Shown one piece after another: positions 28,492 to 39,006 of a DNA stretch of 64,000 bases. Source of the DNA: Ostreococcus lucimarinus (Eukaryota); NCBI GenBank assembly GCA_000092065.1, contig CP000595.1. One strand, written 5' to 3'. Position 1 is the first letter of the stretch. Every line of letters starts with the position of its first letter. A model generated the notes under the pieces. The model was not told the origin of the DNA. It did not search any database and saw only the letters and a list, made by a program, of their open reading frames with translations. The position numbers and the translations under genes were made by a program.

Positions 28492-29829
28492 ATGCGATCG
28501 CGCGACGACGACGATTCGGACGCCCTCGACCGGTCGTTCACGTGCGGAGGTTTACGTTACGTCGAGCCGTATCGCCGACGCGTGCGCGTGCGCGTGTCGA
28601 AGCGTCACGAAGGTGCTTTTCGTGACGTGCTCGTCAATCAAGTCTCAAAGTCAGAGTTTGCGGCGCGGAATTCGGACGATGTAGACGCGTACTGGGCGAC
28701 AGCGCTCGCGGCGCGACGCGTGCGGTGCGTGATAGATGCGCTGCGAAAGATGCCGCGCGGCGGGGAGGCGACGGAGGAGATGTGGACGGAGATGGGTGTG
28801 GAACATTTGGACGAGTTCGTCCCGGCGGGGACGCTGCTCGAAATCGAGCGGTGCGTGCACGAGCGGTGCGTCGCGGATGCGATGCCAGAGATCGTGTTTG
28901 AGTGTGAAAAGACTGGGTTAGTCGTGGTGGAGAAACCTGCGGGCGTGCCGGTGCTCGCGGGGGCGGCGCCAGGGTGGCAAGGGTACGGGAATTTGGCGGC
29001 GTTGACGTCGGCGCTGCGGCGTCGCCGCGCGGCGAAGGACGACGCGGCGGACGAAACGCGGCGGACGAAACGCGCGCGCGCGACCGGCGATGCGGGTAAG
29101 GTCTGGGCTGTGAATAGGATCGACGCTCCGGTGAGTGGGATTTGGCTCGCGGCGACGTCGCCGAAATTGGCGGCCAAGGCGAACGTGTGGATGTCGAAAA
29201 CGTCGCTCGGGAAGACGTATTTGGCGCTCGTTCGAGGCGCTCAAATCGAGTGTGGCGTGCGCATCGACTCGCCCCTCGCGAAAGACAAAGAATCATCGTT
29301 AGCCGTGGTTTCGGAAAAGGACGGAAAGCCGTGCGCGACGCGCGTCGTTGTCTTGCAAAGGCGCGAGAGCGAAGACGTCGCCCTCGTAGCGTGTCGTCTG
29401 GAATCGCACGGGCGCTACCACCAGATTCGCGCGCATCTCTCATCCATCGGGCATCCGATCGTCTTCGATAGTGCATACGGCGATGAAGACCCAGAGTCGT
29501 CTTACGCCGGTCGCGCGTACGCCGACGACGCCGAGACCCGGGTCGTCGCTCGAAAGCTCGCCGAGCGTCGAGACGCCGCGTGCGCCGAATGCGACGCCCT
29601 CATCGCCCTCACCGCCTCCGACGACGCCACCACCAAACCCCTCGCCGCCAAGCGCATCCATCTCCACGCCCTTCGATACCAATTCTCCATCCGAGACGTG
29701 AATTACGATTTACGTTCGCTTCGGCTTCCCGAATTCGCGCTCGACGCCCTCGGCGCCGCCGTCTCCGTCGACGACGTCGTCGCCCGCGTCGACGCCCGCG
29801 TCGACGAAATCGAATCCTCTCGCGAGTAG
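28492..29829 (+). CDS. RluA-family pseudouridine synthase.
   Basis: VVVEKPAGVPV, catalytic-Asp motif NRIDAPVSGIWLAATS (HRLDxxTSG equivalent), YLALVRG and HQIRAHLSSIGHPIVFDSAYG (HQIRVHL..LGHPIVGD). Confidence 0.75.
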   Translation: MRSRDDDDSDALDRSFTCGGLRYVEPYRRRVRVRVSKRHEGAFRDVLVNQVSKSEFAARNSDDVDAYWATALAARRVRCVIDALRKMPRGGEATEEMWTEMGVEHLDEFVPAGTLLEIERCVHERCVADAMPEIVFECEKTGLVVVEKPAGVPVLAGAAPGWQGYGNLAALTSALRRRRAAKDDAADETRRTKRARATGDAGKVWAVNRIDAPVSGIWLAATSPKLAAKANVWMSKTSLGKTYLALVRGAQIECGVRIDSPLAKDKESSLAVVSEKDGKPCATRVVVLQRRESEDVALVACRLESHGRYHQIRAHLSSIGHPIVFDSAYGDEDPESSYAGRAYADDAETRVVARKLAERRDAACAECDALIALTASDDATTKPLAAKRIHLHALRYQFSIRDVNYDLRSLRLPEFALDALGAAVSVDDVVARVDARVDEIESSRE

Positions 29830-29986
29830 CGCGTCGTCCTGTGATTTATCTAGCGCTCGAGCGCCGGACGCCGGCGCTCGACGCCGATCCGCGCCGTCCG
29901 CGCGCGCGCCGTCCCGATGTTCCATAGTTAAGGCTCTAATCATCGCAGCCGCCAGGCGTCGCGCGCACTTCGCGCCGCGCGTCGCG

Positions 29987-31582
29987 ATGTTCGGCGCGCC
30001 GCCCGCGAGCGATGGCGCGCGCGACGCGCGGAGCGTGCTGTGCTGCCTGTGCGCGATCCCGATGCACCCGAACCCGAGCGGCATGTGCGTCGAGTGCGTG
30101 CGCACGCAGGTTGACATCACCGAGGGCATCAGCAAAAACTGCGTCGTCACGTATTGCTCGCAGTGCGAGCGCTACCTGCAGCCGCCCAAGCACTGGATCC
30201 GCGCCGATCTCGAGAGCAAAGAGCTGCTGACGTTTTGCATCAAGCGCATCAAGGGATTGCAAAAGGTGAAGCTCGTGGACGCGGGCTTCGTGTGGACGGA
30301 GCCGCACAGTAAACGACTGAAGACGAAGCTGACCATACAGAAGGAAGTGCTGAACGGAGCGATACTGCAGCAGACGTTCGTGACGGAATTTGTGGTGGAG
30401 TGGAGGATGTGCGATGCGTGCGCGCGGAGCGCGGCGAATAGTGATCAGTGGAACGCGTGCGTGCAGGTGCGGCAAAAAGTGGAACATAAGCGGACGTTTT
30501 TGTTCCTCGAGCAGATGATTTTGAAGCACGGCATGGAGCGAGACGCGATCGGGATCAAGAGTCAGCCGGATGGGTTAGATTTTTATTACGGTCATCGATC
30601 GCATGGGTTGAGGTTTGTAGATTTTTTGGGCAGCGTGGTGGCGACGCGGTCGAGGGGCGACAAGCAGTTGGTGTCGCACGACGCGAATAGTAATACGTAC
30701 AATTACAGGTTTACTTTCTTCGTGGAGATCGTGCCGGTGTGCAAGGAAGATTTGGTGGTGATTCCTTTCAAGCTTTCGAAGGAGTTTGGGAGCGTTGGGC
30801 CGGTGATGCTGTGCACGCGGGTGTCGAATTCTTTGCAGTTTACGGATCCGGTGACGATGCGACAGATTTGGATCGATCAGGAAAAGTATTGGCGCCAACC
30901 GTTTCGCGCGGCGGCGACGGCGAAGCAGATGATAGAGTACGTCATCCTTGACGTTGAAGTCGATCAATCCACGAGACAAGGGAAGTTGTGCATGGCGGAT
31001 GTCGAAGTCGCGCGCTCAAGCGATTTCGGCGTCAACGACACGACGTTTTTCGTCAAGACGCACTTGGGGAATATCTTACAAGCGGGCGACACCGCGCTTG
31101 GATACGATTTGACAAATTTGCAAATCGTCGATCCAGAGATGGAGAAGTACTCGGGTAAACATCAAGGCGTTGTGCCGGATGTTTTCCTCGTGAAGAAGTC
31201 GTATGCCGAGAGTCGTCGACGAAGGCGCGAGCGAGGCGTGGCTAGAAATTGGCGTTTACAGCGCATGCAAGTGGAAGAAGACGAAGAAACGCAACAAAGG
31301 TCTCGCGGGAGCGCTGATCGCATGGCTCAGGACGAAGAGTTGTTCTATCAAGAGTTGGAAGAAGACGAGGAAACGCGAGCGCAAGTACAAATTTTCAAGG
31401 ATGAAAACGCCATAAACGCCAACGTCACCGCGGCGGCTGGCGACGACGACGACGACGACGACGACGCACCAGAGGTGCCGATCGAGGAGCTTCTGGATGA
31501 GTTGACTCTATTGCAGCGCCAAGCTGACGACGAGGACGACGAGAACGATCTCGACGATCTCGACGATTCCATGCAAGAGTGA
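29987..31582 (+). CDS. NMD3: 60S ribosomal subunit export adaptor NMD3.
   Basis: N-terminal Cys clusters LCCLCAIPMHPNPSGMCVECVRTQVDITEGI...YCSQCERYLQPPKHW match the NMD3 zinc-binding N-domain. The length (531 aa) and the acidic C-terminus also fit. Confidence 0.85.
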   Translation: MFGAPPASDGARDARSVLCCLCAIPMHPNPSGMCVECVRTQVDITEGISKNCVVTYCSQCERYLQPPKHWIRADLESKELLTFCIKRIKGLQKVKLVDAGFVWTEPHSKRLKTKLTIQKEVLNGAILQQTFVTEFVVEWRMCDACARSAANSDQWNACVQVRQKVEHKRTFLFLEQMILKHGMERDAIGIKSQPDGLDFYYGHRSHGLRFVDFLGSVVATRSRGDKQLVSHDANSNTYNYRFTFFVEIVPVCKEDLVVIPFKLSKEFGSVGPVMLCTRVSNSLQFTDPVTMRQIWIDQEKYWRQPFRAAATAKQMIEYVILDVEVDQSTRQGKLCMADVEVARSSDFGVNDTTFFVKTHLGNILQAGDTALGYDLTNLQIVDPEMEKYSGKHQGVVPDVFLVKKSYAESRRRRRERGVARNWRLQRMQVEEDEETQQRSRGSADRMAQDEELFYQELEEDEETRAQVQIFKDENAINANVTAAAGDDDDDDDDAPEVPIEELLDELTLLQRQADDEDDENDLDDLDDSMQE

Positions 31583-31592
31583 GAGAGTACAT

Positions 31593-31604
31593 TGTAAAAT
31601 TACA
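31593..31604. terminator. Near-palindromic TGTAAAATTACA, giving a TGTAA on both strands between convergent genes (NMD3 and the following hypothetical gene).
   Basis: It lies in the 78-bp gap between stops at 31582 (+) and 31661 (-). Confidence 0.4.
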
Positions 31605-31660
31605 TAAAGTCGGTTTATGAACAGAGTTTGTTAAAAGAAAGCGCCGGCCCGGGTCAATGA

Positions 31661-33280
31661 TCACTCCGTGGATGTATAGTCTATCCAATCTCCTTCGTCG
31701 GCTTCCCAATCATCCTCGTCGTCGTCGTCATCGAAATCGTCGTCGTCGTCATCGAGATCGTCGAAAACGTCGCCGTAGGGGCGCGGGCTGTTCATGTTCA
31801 TGAAAGATTTAAGGGGCATGCGCAAGCTTCGGATGTGGTCCTCCAAAACCTCTTGAACCGTGCTAAGGTCCGTCTCATCGGATTTGTGTTCGTCTGGCGA
31901 CATTCTGTGGGTGTTGCTCCGTACGTCAGGGCGCCAACCTTCGAGATGTGACACGTGCGTGCAAATTATATTTGTAACATTTCGCACGGTATCCAAGTCG
32001 TTCGCGATCGCCTGCGCGTTGTACTCGGGCAAAAGGTATTTTTGCTTAATGCCGACGATTTGCGACCCTTGCGTTTTGCGATCACTCTTCGCTTGAACAA
32101 CTTTCTCGTAGCACGATCTCAGCATGTGCAGCAAGGCTTCGACGCGATGCCGCAGCGTGCACCCGTGCAACATCATTCGAAGTTCCGGGCTCCGGCTCAC
32201 AATCGTACGAACCATCGCAGTCGCGACGAACTCCATGCTATGAGTGTCGTCGTAGGGGGGTTGTTCATTGCCTTCTTTCACGTGCTCGAGAAATAGGGCT
32301 TCCAGCACTACGTCCACGCGCGGTGACCCGCTCGACTCTGCGAACGGCGGATACTCCCTCGCCTTCAACGTTCGCCCGAACCACTCCCAGCCGACGTATT
32401 TGTTCAGCGTGTACATCATCACATTTTCGTCCAAAACAGACAAAATGCTTCCCGGATCCCGCATTCCGCGCAGCATCGTGCGCACGACTTCCTGAAACTC
32501 GCTCGGAAACCGCGCGTGAATCTCGCGTTCGGGTTGCCACAACATCCATCGCACCCCGTACGACACCATCCCGACGAATCGTCGATCTTTCCTCAAACTC
32601 GACACCATAGTTTCATCCTCCGCGTACCACGGCGCTGCCTTCCCGAACGGCTCGTGACTCAGATGCGCGTATCCCGGATATATCTGCAACACCCCGTCGC
32701 ACTTCGGCCGTCCCAGCACGTCTCGTTCGTCGTCGTACACCAACCCCTTATCGCTCCGCGCGTCCGTGTGCACGTACACCTGCACCTTTTCCCCCACTCG
32801 CAGCGTGATCGGCGCATTCAGCTTCAGCGCCACCAACTCGTCGTAGCTCGGTCGATGTTCCTCGTCGTACGCCGGTTCGCCCCACGCCTCGGCGTCCATC
32901 AAATCCGCCACGTTCGCGTCGTTCGCGCTGTAATGCCCGTACCGCTCGCTCACGTCCACCGGCGGCAGCGCGTCGTCGAAAGTCTTCAAGTGCACGTTTT
33001 TCGCGTACACTCGCACCCTGCCGAGGTTTCCGCGCACGGATATCGCGCTGATTTCGATCGAATCGATGGGCAACGCGGTGGCGCATCCGAGCGAGAAAAA
33101 CATCCCGGAAAAGCTGTGATCCTCGCGATCGGGCGTGGGGGCGGTGAATTCGGAGTAGTGCAAGTCATCGCTCGCGCGCGCGAGCTCGCGGATGGGCATG
33201 GCGGGCGATGGCGCGCGCGACGATGCGCGGCGCGGCGCGAGGGCGGCGCGAAGGCTAACCGAAACGCGAGCGAGAGTCAA
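31661..33280 (-). CDS. Hypothetical protein of 539 aa with a poly-Asp/Glu C-terminal tail. No family recognised.
   Basis: A clean ORF with protein-like composition (…YPGYAHLSHEPFGKAAPWYAEDETMVSS…LNKYVGWEWFGRTLKAREYPPF…). The tail reads DDLDDDDDDFDDDDDEDDWEADEGDW. Confidence 0.45.
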   Translation of the reverse strand: MTLARVSVSLRAALAPRRASSRAPSPAMPIRELARASDDLHYSEFTAPTPDREDHSFSGMFFSLGCATALPIDSIEISAISVRGNLGRVRVYAKNVHLKTFDDALPPVDVSERYGHYSANDANVADLMDAEAWGEPAYDEEHRPSYDELVALKLNAPITLRVGEKVQVYVHTDARSDKGLVYDDERDVLGRPKCDGVLQIYPGYAHLSHEPFGKAAPWYAEDETMVSSLRKDRRFVGMVSYGVRWMLWQPEREIHARFPSEFQEVVRTMLRGMRDPGSILSVLDENVMMYTLNKYVGWEWFGRTLKAREYPPFAESSGSPRVDVVLEALFLEHVKEGNEQPPYDDTHSMEFVATAMVRTIVSRSPELRMMLHGCTLRHRVEALLHMLRSCYEKVVQAKSDRKTQGSQIVGIKQKYLLPEYNAQAIANDLDTVRNVTNIICTHVSHLEGWRPDVRSNTHRMSPDEHKSDETDLSTVQEVLEDHIRSLRMPLKSFMNMNSPRPYGDVFDDLDDDDDDFDDDDDEDDWEADEGDWIDYTSTE

Positions 33281-33309
33281 TAATTACAAACGACGCGACG
33301 ACGACGCGA

Positions 33310-34356
33310 TCAGGACGCGGCGGTTCGATCGCCGGCGCGGGGGGAGGGGACGTCGTCGGTGGCGGAGGGTGAGCCGGCGCTGGGGCTGGGGGCGTCGGAA
33401 ACCTCAGACGCGGAGGGCTCGGCGCGGACGCGCGCGGCTCGGGACTTGTCGCGCTTGACGTGGCGGGGAAGCGCGCTCTTGGGACTGGCGCGCTTCTTTT
33501 TGACGGCAGACGCGGCGTTCTGGACGACGCGCGCGCGGAGGACCTCCTCGAGCACGGCGACGTCTTCGGGCGCGCGCAACGCCGGCGTTTGGTTGTTCAC
33601 CGGGCACACCTTGATTTTATACCCGTTTTCCAGCGTGTTGAGGGCCTCGATGTTCTCCATGCGCTGCAGCGGCGTCGTGTCGTTGGAATCGTCGACGAGC
33701 GTTCTCAAGTACATCGCGTCGTAACACGAGCAGCCGAGGACGTGCCAGTGCATCGCCGCCGCGTCGAGACGGTTCTTCGTCTCGCGCTTCGTCGGCGTGA
33801 GATCGAGCTCGCCCGTCATCGTCTCCCGCGGCTTCGACCCGATCGCCGGGATCACCGCGCGCGTCAAATATAACGCGAATCCTTGCTTATCGAACACGCA
33901 TCGCGGTCTGGTTTCGCTCTCAAACCGCGCGGGATCCGTCGCCGCCACGCACGTCGACGCGACGCACCACTCGTCCGCGTTCGCCTCCATCTCCATCACG
34001 CACGCGTCCACGGAGTCCGCGTCGATCAAGCACTCGTCCACCTTCAACGTGACGACGAAATCCCATCCTCCGCCCGTCAGCTTCGCCGCCTGGCGCGCGT
34101 AAGTACTCGCCGTTCGCCTCGCGTCTTGCGCCACCAAAACCGTCTCGATTCCGTACTCCTTCGCCGTCTCCACGATTCTATAATCATCCGTCGCCACCAC
34201 CACTCGATCCAATCGCGCGCACCTCTTCATGCTCTCCGCCGCCCTCGCGAACGCCGGCTTCCCGTGCACGATCATCAGCGCTTTCCCCGCGAATTGATCG
34301 TCCTCGCCGTCCTCGTACGGCGCCGAAACCACCCCCAGGACGAAATTCGCGCTCAT
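33310..34356 (-). CDS. 3-deoxy-manno-octulosonate cytidylyltransferase (CMP-Kdo synthetase, KdsB-like) with a charged C-terminal extension.
   Basis: MIVHGKPAFARAAESMKRCARLDRVVVATDDYRIVETAKEYGIETVL and the following motifs resemble the KdsB nucleotidyltransferase fold (…GKPMI.H…RVIVATD…). The start was moved to ATG 34356 (MSANFVLGVV…), because the track's 5' extension is low-complexity and antisense to the mannosidase gene. Confidence 0.65.
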   Translation of the reverse strand: MSANFVLGVVSAPYEDGEDDQFAGKALMIVHGKPAFARAAESMKRCARLDRVVVATDDYRIVETAKEYGIETVLVAQDARRTASTYARQAAKLTGGGWDFVVTLKVDECLIDADSVDACVMEMEANADEWCVASTCVAATDPARFESETRPRCVFDKQGFALYLTRAVIPAIGSKPRETMTGELDLTPTKRETKNRLDAAAMHWHVLGCSCYDAMYLRTLVDDSNDTTPLQRMENIEALNTLENGYKIKVCPVNNQTPALRAPEDVAVLEEVLRARVVQNAASAVKKKRASPKSALPRHVKRDKSRAARVRAEPSASEVSDAPSPSAGSPSATDDVPSPRAGDRTAAS

Positions 34357-34749
34357 CCGCCTTCGCGTCCCGCGCTTCCCGCCCGCCGCGCGCGCCCGCG
34401 CGTCGCGCGCGCTCGCGTCCGCGTCCTCATCGACCGCATCGCTCGCGCGCGCCTCGGGCCGTCGCCTCGCGCGCCACCGCGCGCGGTTTTTCCGCCGTCG
34501 AATGAATTTCTGAAGCTCGATCGTCCCGTCGCCGTCCGCGCTCGTCGCGCGGAACGCGACGACGAACGCGATCGCCGACGCGATCGCGCGCCATCGCGAC
34601 GCCACCCTCGCGAGCGCGCCGAGCATGGAGGCGACGCGCGCCGTTCGCGACGCGACGGAAAATTCGATTCGCGCGACGACGAGTGACGACACACGGCGGC
34701 GCGGCGCGCGCGACGCCGCACCGGCGCGGCGCGCGCGATCGCGTCGCGA

Positions 34750-36402
34750 ATGCCGCCGTCGACGCGTCGGCGTCGCGCGGCGCGACGGTGCGCGCGCGCG
34801 ATCGGCGTCGTCGCGTCGCTGTTCGCGACGCGGTCCGTCATCGCGCGCGCGCGCGCGGCGCCGCGAGCGACGCGCGACGCCGAGCGCGAGGGCGGCGATG
34901 CGTCGACGCGCGACGACGCGACGCGCGACGCGTCGACGCGCGACGGGACGTTCTGGGCGCGCGCGCGCGCGGACGCGGGACGACGGGACGAGGTGAAGGC
35001 GGCGATGCGAGAGGCGTTCGGGGCGTACAGGACGCACGCGCTGGGACACGACGAGCTCGCGCCGCGCGCGCGGACGGGGCGAGACGATTTCGGTGGGATC
35101 GGGGCGACGCTGATCGATAGCTTGGACACGCTGCACATCATGGGGTTGCGCGCGGAGTTCGACGAGGCGCTGCGGTATTTGAAAAAGCCGGGATCGGCGT
35201 TTCGGGATTTGGTGCAGGGCGAGACGGACAGAGACGTGAGCGTGTTCGAGACGAACATTCGCGTTCTGGGAGGGCTGCTGGCGGCGCACGATTTATCGGG
35301 CGACGCGGACGTTTTAGAGCTCGCGGAATCCATCGCGGCGAGACTTTCGGCGGCGTTCGACACCCCGAGCGGAGTGCCGCACTCGTTCGTGAACGTCAAG
35401 ACTGGGAACTCGTTTGGGTTACCTTGGACGAAAGGCGCGTCCATACTCGCCGATTTCGGGTCGATGCATTTGGAGTGGGCGACGCTGAGCGCGCGCACGA
35501 AGAATCCGGTGTACGAGGCGCACACGAATCACGTGTTCGAGACGGTCTCATCCCTGGGACGACGAGGCAAAAGTGGCGCTAGCACCAAGGGTTTGTTTTC
35601 CGCGCATTTTAACGTCGATACCGGAGAGTTTGCGGGCGGAGACGTCACTTTCGGTGCGCTCGGCGATAGCTTTTACGAATACTTGATCAAGTGTTGGCGT
35701 TCGCTCGGCGATTTAAAAGACGCCGAGACGTGGCGCGAGATGTTCGACGAAGCCATGCTCGGGATGAAAACGAGTTTGCTGCGAGACTGGAAAACGGACG
35801 AGGCGACTGGTGAGAAGTATTCGTACGTTTCTCCGATTGGAGGTTCCGGTGCCGGTTCGATGGAACATCTCGCGTGTTTCGTCCCGGGTATGCTCGTGCT
35901 CGGCGCGGCAGAGGCGCCCACGCCTACAACCGCCGATGAGTACGTGCAAATAGCGAAGGATATCGCGCGTACGTGTGTAGAAATGTATTCTTCTCAGCCT
36001 TGCGGCCTATCCGCGGATCACGTGCGATTCGACTCGGGTTCAAAGACCATCTCGAACATCAACGGCAAAAATATTCAACGCCCGGAAACGGTGGAATCTT
36101 TGTTTTATTTGTATCGCAAAACTGGAGATGAAATTTATCGGACACAAGCTTGGAAAATCTTTCAATCCATGAAGTCAGCTTATCGAGTCCCCGAAAGTGG
36201 CGGCTGGCAAGGCGTGCTCGACGTCTCGAAGACCCCGACGGCGGGCGACGACAAGATGCAATCATTCTTCCTCGCCGAGACGTTGAAGTATTTATATCTC
36301 ATCTTCACCGACAGTGATACAATGCACTTGGATGAGTGGGTTTTCAACACCGAGGCACATCCACTGAGAATCACAAAGGCACGTGAACGACTGAACGATT
36401 GA
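34750..36402 (+). CDS. Glycoside hydrolase family 47 class I alpha-1,2-mannosidase (ER/Golgi mannosidase I / MNS type).
   Basis: The GH47 hallmarks FETNIRVLGGLLAAHDLSGD and GALGDSFYEYLIK are present. An N-terminal hydrophobic signal-anchor reads AIGVVASLFATRSVIA. Confidence 0.85.
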   Translation: MPPSTRRRRAARRCARAIGVVASLFATRSVIARARAAPRATRDAEREGGDASTRDDATRDASTRDGTFWARARADAGRRDEVKAAMREAFGAYRTHALGHDELAPRARTGRDDFGGIGATLIDSLDTLHIMGLRAEFDEALRYLKKPGSAFRDLVQGETDRDVSVFETNIRVLGGLLAAHDLSGDADVLELAESIAARLSAAFDTPSGVPHSFVNVKTGNSFGLPWTKGASILADFGSMHLEWATLSARTKNPVYEAHTNHVFETVSSLGRRGKSGASTKGLFSAHFNVDTGEFAGGDVTFGALGDSFYEYLIKCWRSLGDLKDAETWREMFDEAMLGMKTSLLRDWKTDEATGEKYSYVSPIGGSGAGSMEHLACFVPGMLVLGAAEAPTPTTADEYVQIAKDIARTCVEMYSSQPCGLSADHVRFDSGSKTISNINGKNIQRPETVESLFYLYRKTGDEIYRTQAWKIFQSMKSAYRVPESGGWQGVLDVSKTPTAGDDKMQSFFLAETLKYLYLIFTDSDTMHLDEWVFNTEAHPLRITKARERLND

Positions 36403-36704
36403 CAAACACGCCGAGCAATACGGAAGGTGGATATTTATCACAACTTTGTAATAGGATAGCATAGAAAGTAGAAGTAGAAACGGCGTGCGGCGATGCTGCG
36501 TATTACTGCGTAGTTTACTTTGAGCTTCATGCGTTGCTTTGATGATACGGACACGCTCGCTCGCGACGAAGAAGACGACTCCAGCGCTTTCCTCGCGCCA
36601 GCGAGACTTGAATGGATGAAACAAGAATTGAAACAATTGAAAGAATGATCGTCATTTGCGACGAACGTAATGAATTCGTTTGGAATCTTACCACGAATGA
36701 CGCT

Positions 36705-38108
36705 CTATTCGTCGAATCGAAACGGTGTAGATTCCCTCGACGTCGTCCTCTCTTCGACGACGACCTTGGTGACTTTACTCTCGCCGCGCCGCGGCGGATA
36801 GAGATACTGGCGCATGTCGGCGCAAGTGTAAGAATTGAGCTTTAATTCGCGGTACGTAGACGTCGGTGATGCATCGATGAGCTCACTCGCGGTGATGCGT
36901 TTGGTGTGATCCTTACGCAAACACGCCGATAACAACGCGCGCAGTGCGTTTGAGACGGCGTCTTCGCCGTCGACGGCGCCGGCGACGTCGATGTCGTCGT
37001 CCATGATTTGTATCACCAACCCCAGTGGGCCGCCGTCTTCGATATCGAACACGTGCTTTCCCATGACACTTTCGAGGACTGTGAGACCCATGCCCCAGAC
37101 GTCGGCTTCGGGCCCGCATCTCGCGGCGCTCGATTCCAAGCGTTCGGGCGACATGTACATGATGGTTCCGAGCGAGTCGTGCGCGTCGTCTTCGACATCG
37201 CCACCCGTGAAGGGCGTGCACAGACCAAAGTCGCTCAGTTTACACTCCCCGCACTCGTTTATCAACACATTGCTCGGCTTCACGTCGCGATGTACGATCT
37301 CGAGAGTGTCGTGTAAATACGCCAACCCGTTGGCGACGCACCTCGCCGCGCACATCGCCGCCCGCGGCGCGAAACGCATCGACCCGCGCAACCTCACGAC
37401 GTCTTCCAACGATCCGAAATGCATGAGTTCGAGCGTGATCGACACCTCGTTTTTAACCGCATCGTACCCGAACCCAAAACATCGCACGAGCCCTTCGTAA
37501 GTCGGCGCGCTCTCCGTTTCCTCGTCGTCCTCCGCCGCCGTCGGGTCAACGCCGAGCGCGCCTCGCGCGGTCAACGAAGACCACCCTTCGACGTCCCCAT
37601 TCCTATCGAACCGCGCGTTCACCGACGACGACGAAATGCGCTGAAACGTCCACATTTCCCGCTTCGCTTGCACCGCCATCGCGCGATCGTCCGCTCGGAT
37701 GCGTTTCGTCGCTCGCCTCGCGTCTTCGCCGCGCGTCACCACGCTCGAGCTTCCTCGACCGAGCACGCGCGACGACCCCCCCCCCAGCGTCGACCCGCCG
37801 CCGACCGCCGCCGCGCTCGACCTCAGCGACGCGCTCGACGACGACGACGACACCGACCGCGACGGCCTCGGTTTCTTCGCGCGCGCGCCCGCGTCGTCGC
37901 GTCGTCGTCGCGCGGGCATCTCCGATAAAGCGCCACCCCAAAAAAGTGCATCGCCGTCGCGCGCGTCCTCGCGCGCGCCGATGCGCGTCCGCGCCGACGC
38001 GCGCGCGCCGACGCCACCGAAATCCAAATCATCGCTCGACGACGACGACGACGACGACGCCATCGCGCGCCGTCGACTCGCGTCGCCGCGCGCGACGCGG
38101 GTCGTCAT
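36705..38108 (-). CDS. Ser/Thr protein kinase, MAP kinase kinase (STE7)-like.
   Basis: Kinase subdomains IVHRDVKPSNVLIN, KLSDFGLC, GTIMYMSPERL and DVWGMGLTVLE, after an Ala/Ser-rich N-terminus. Confidence 0.7.
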   Translation of the reverse strand: MTTRVARGDASRRRAMASSSSSSSSDDLDFGGVGARASARTRIGAREDARDGDALFWGGALSEMPARRRRDDAGARAKKPRPSRSVSSSSSSASLRSSAAAVGGGSTLGGGSSRVLGRGSSSVVTRGEDARRATKRIRADDRAMAVQAKREMWTFQRISSSSVNARFDRNGDVEGWSSLTARGALGVDPTAAEDDEETESAPTYEGLVRCFGFGYDAVKNEVSITLELMHFGSLEDVVRLRGSMRFAPRAAMCAARCVANGLAYLHDTLEIVHRDVKPSNVLINECGECKLSDFGLCTPFTGGDVEDDAHDSLGTIMYMSPERLESSAARCGPEADVWGMGLTVLESVMGKHVFDIEDGGPLGLVIQIMDDDIDVAGAVDGEDAVSNALRALLSACLRKDHTKRITASELIDASPTSTYRELKLNSYTCADMRQYLYPPRRGESKVTKVVVEERTTSRESTPFRFDE

Positions 38109-38498
38109 TAAAGCGCACGGCGACCGCGCGACGTCGCGCCGTTCGTCCGAGTCGTCCGCCCGCGCGCCGCGCGCGGCGAGTCAGGACTCGCGCCGCGCGC
38201 GCGTCTCCGGCCGTTCGCCGCCGATTCGTCTACCGGCGACGCGCGGCGCGACCTTTGACGACGCGAGAAGACGAACCGTCGTCCGCGCGTCCGAATTTTC
38301 CGTATGTCCGAACCGACACACTGCCACCATACGAAAGCGTCCGAATTCCGCGTTCGCGAGGGGGTCGCGATGAGTCGGACTCGTCGCGCGCGTCGCGCGA
38401 GCCAATCGAAACGCTCGATCCGAGCGCGCGCGCGCTCGAGCGTGAGGCGATCGCGCGCGCGCGCGCCGGCCGGCACACGACGACGCACCGCACGAAAG

Positions 38499-39006
38499 AT
38501 GTCTGGACGAGGTAAAGGAAAATCCGGCAAGAAGGCCACGAGCCGATCCGCCAAGGCGGGCTTGCAATTCCCGGTCGGCCGGGTCGCGCGCTACCTGAAG
38601 GCTGGCAAGTACGCGACGCGCGTCGGCGCCGGTGCGCCGGTGTACTTGGCGGCTGTCATGGTGAGTGGTTTTTTGAAATTTGAAATTTGAAATCGAGCGT
38701 TCGCGGCGCGCGCGGCGATGGGCTCGGGATGGTGGACGAAGACTGACGCGTTGAATCGTTGTGTTTTACGCCGCGTAGGAATACTTGTGCGCCGAAGTGC
38801 TCGAACTCGCGGGTAACGCCGCGCGCGACAACAAGAAGTCGCGCGTCGTGCCGCGCCACATCCAACTCGCGATCCGCAACGACGAAGAGCTCTCCAAGCT
38901 CCTCGGCACCGTCACGATCGCGGCGGGTGGTGTTTTGCCGAACATCCACTCCGTTTTGTTGCCGAAGAAGTCCAAGAAGTCTGGCTCGGCGTCCCAAGAA
39001 TACTAA
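38499..39006 (+). CDS. Histone H2A (H2A.X type, C-terminal SQEY) encoded in two exons, 38499..38660 and 38779..39006, with a 118-nt GT-AG intron.
   Basis: Exon 1: [54 protein letters not shown], followed by gtgagt. Exon 2 after cgcgtag: [75 protein letters not shown]. The frames join to give 129 aa. Confidence 0.8.
38661..38778 (+). other. Spliceosomal intron of the H2A.X gene (GTGAGT...CGCGTAG). It is low in GC for this sequence and contains (GAAATTT)3.
   Basis: Removing it restores the canonical H2A sequence. The donor gtgagt and acceptor tag are as expected. Confidence 0.75.

Noticed and set aside
36612-36845. Small plus-strand ORF (77 aa) in the AT-richer region between the mannosidase and kinase genes.
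   Set aside because: It overlaps the kinase 3' end and UTR and nothing supports it. The region is better explained as overlapping 3'UTRs.
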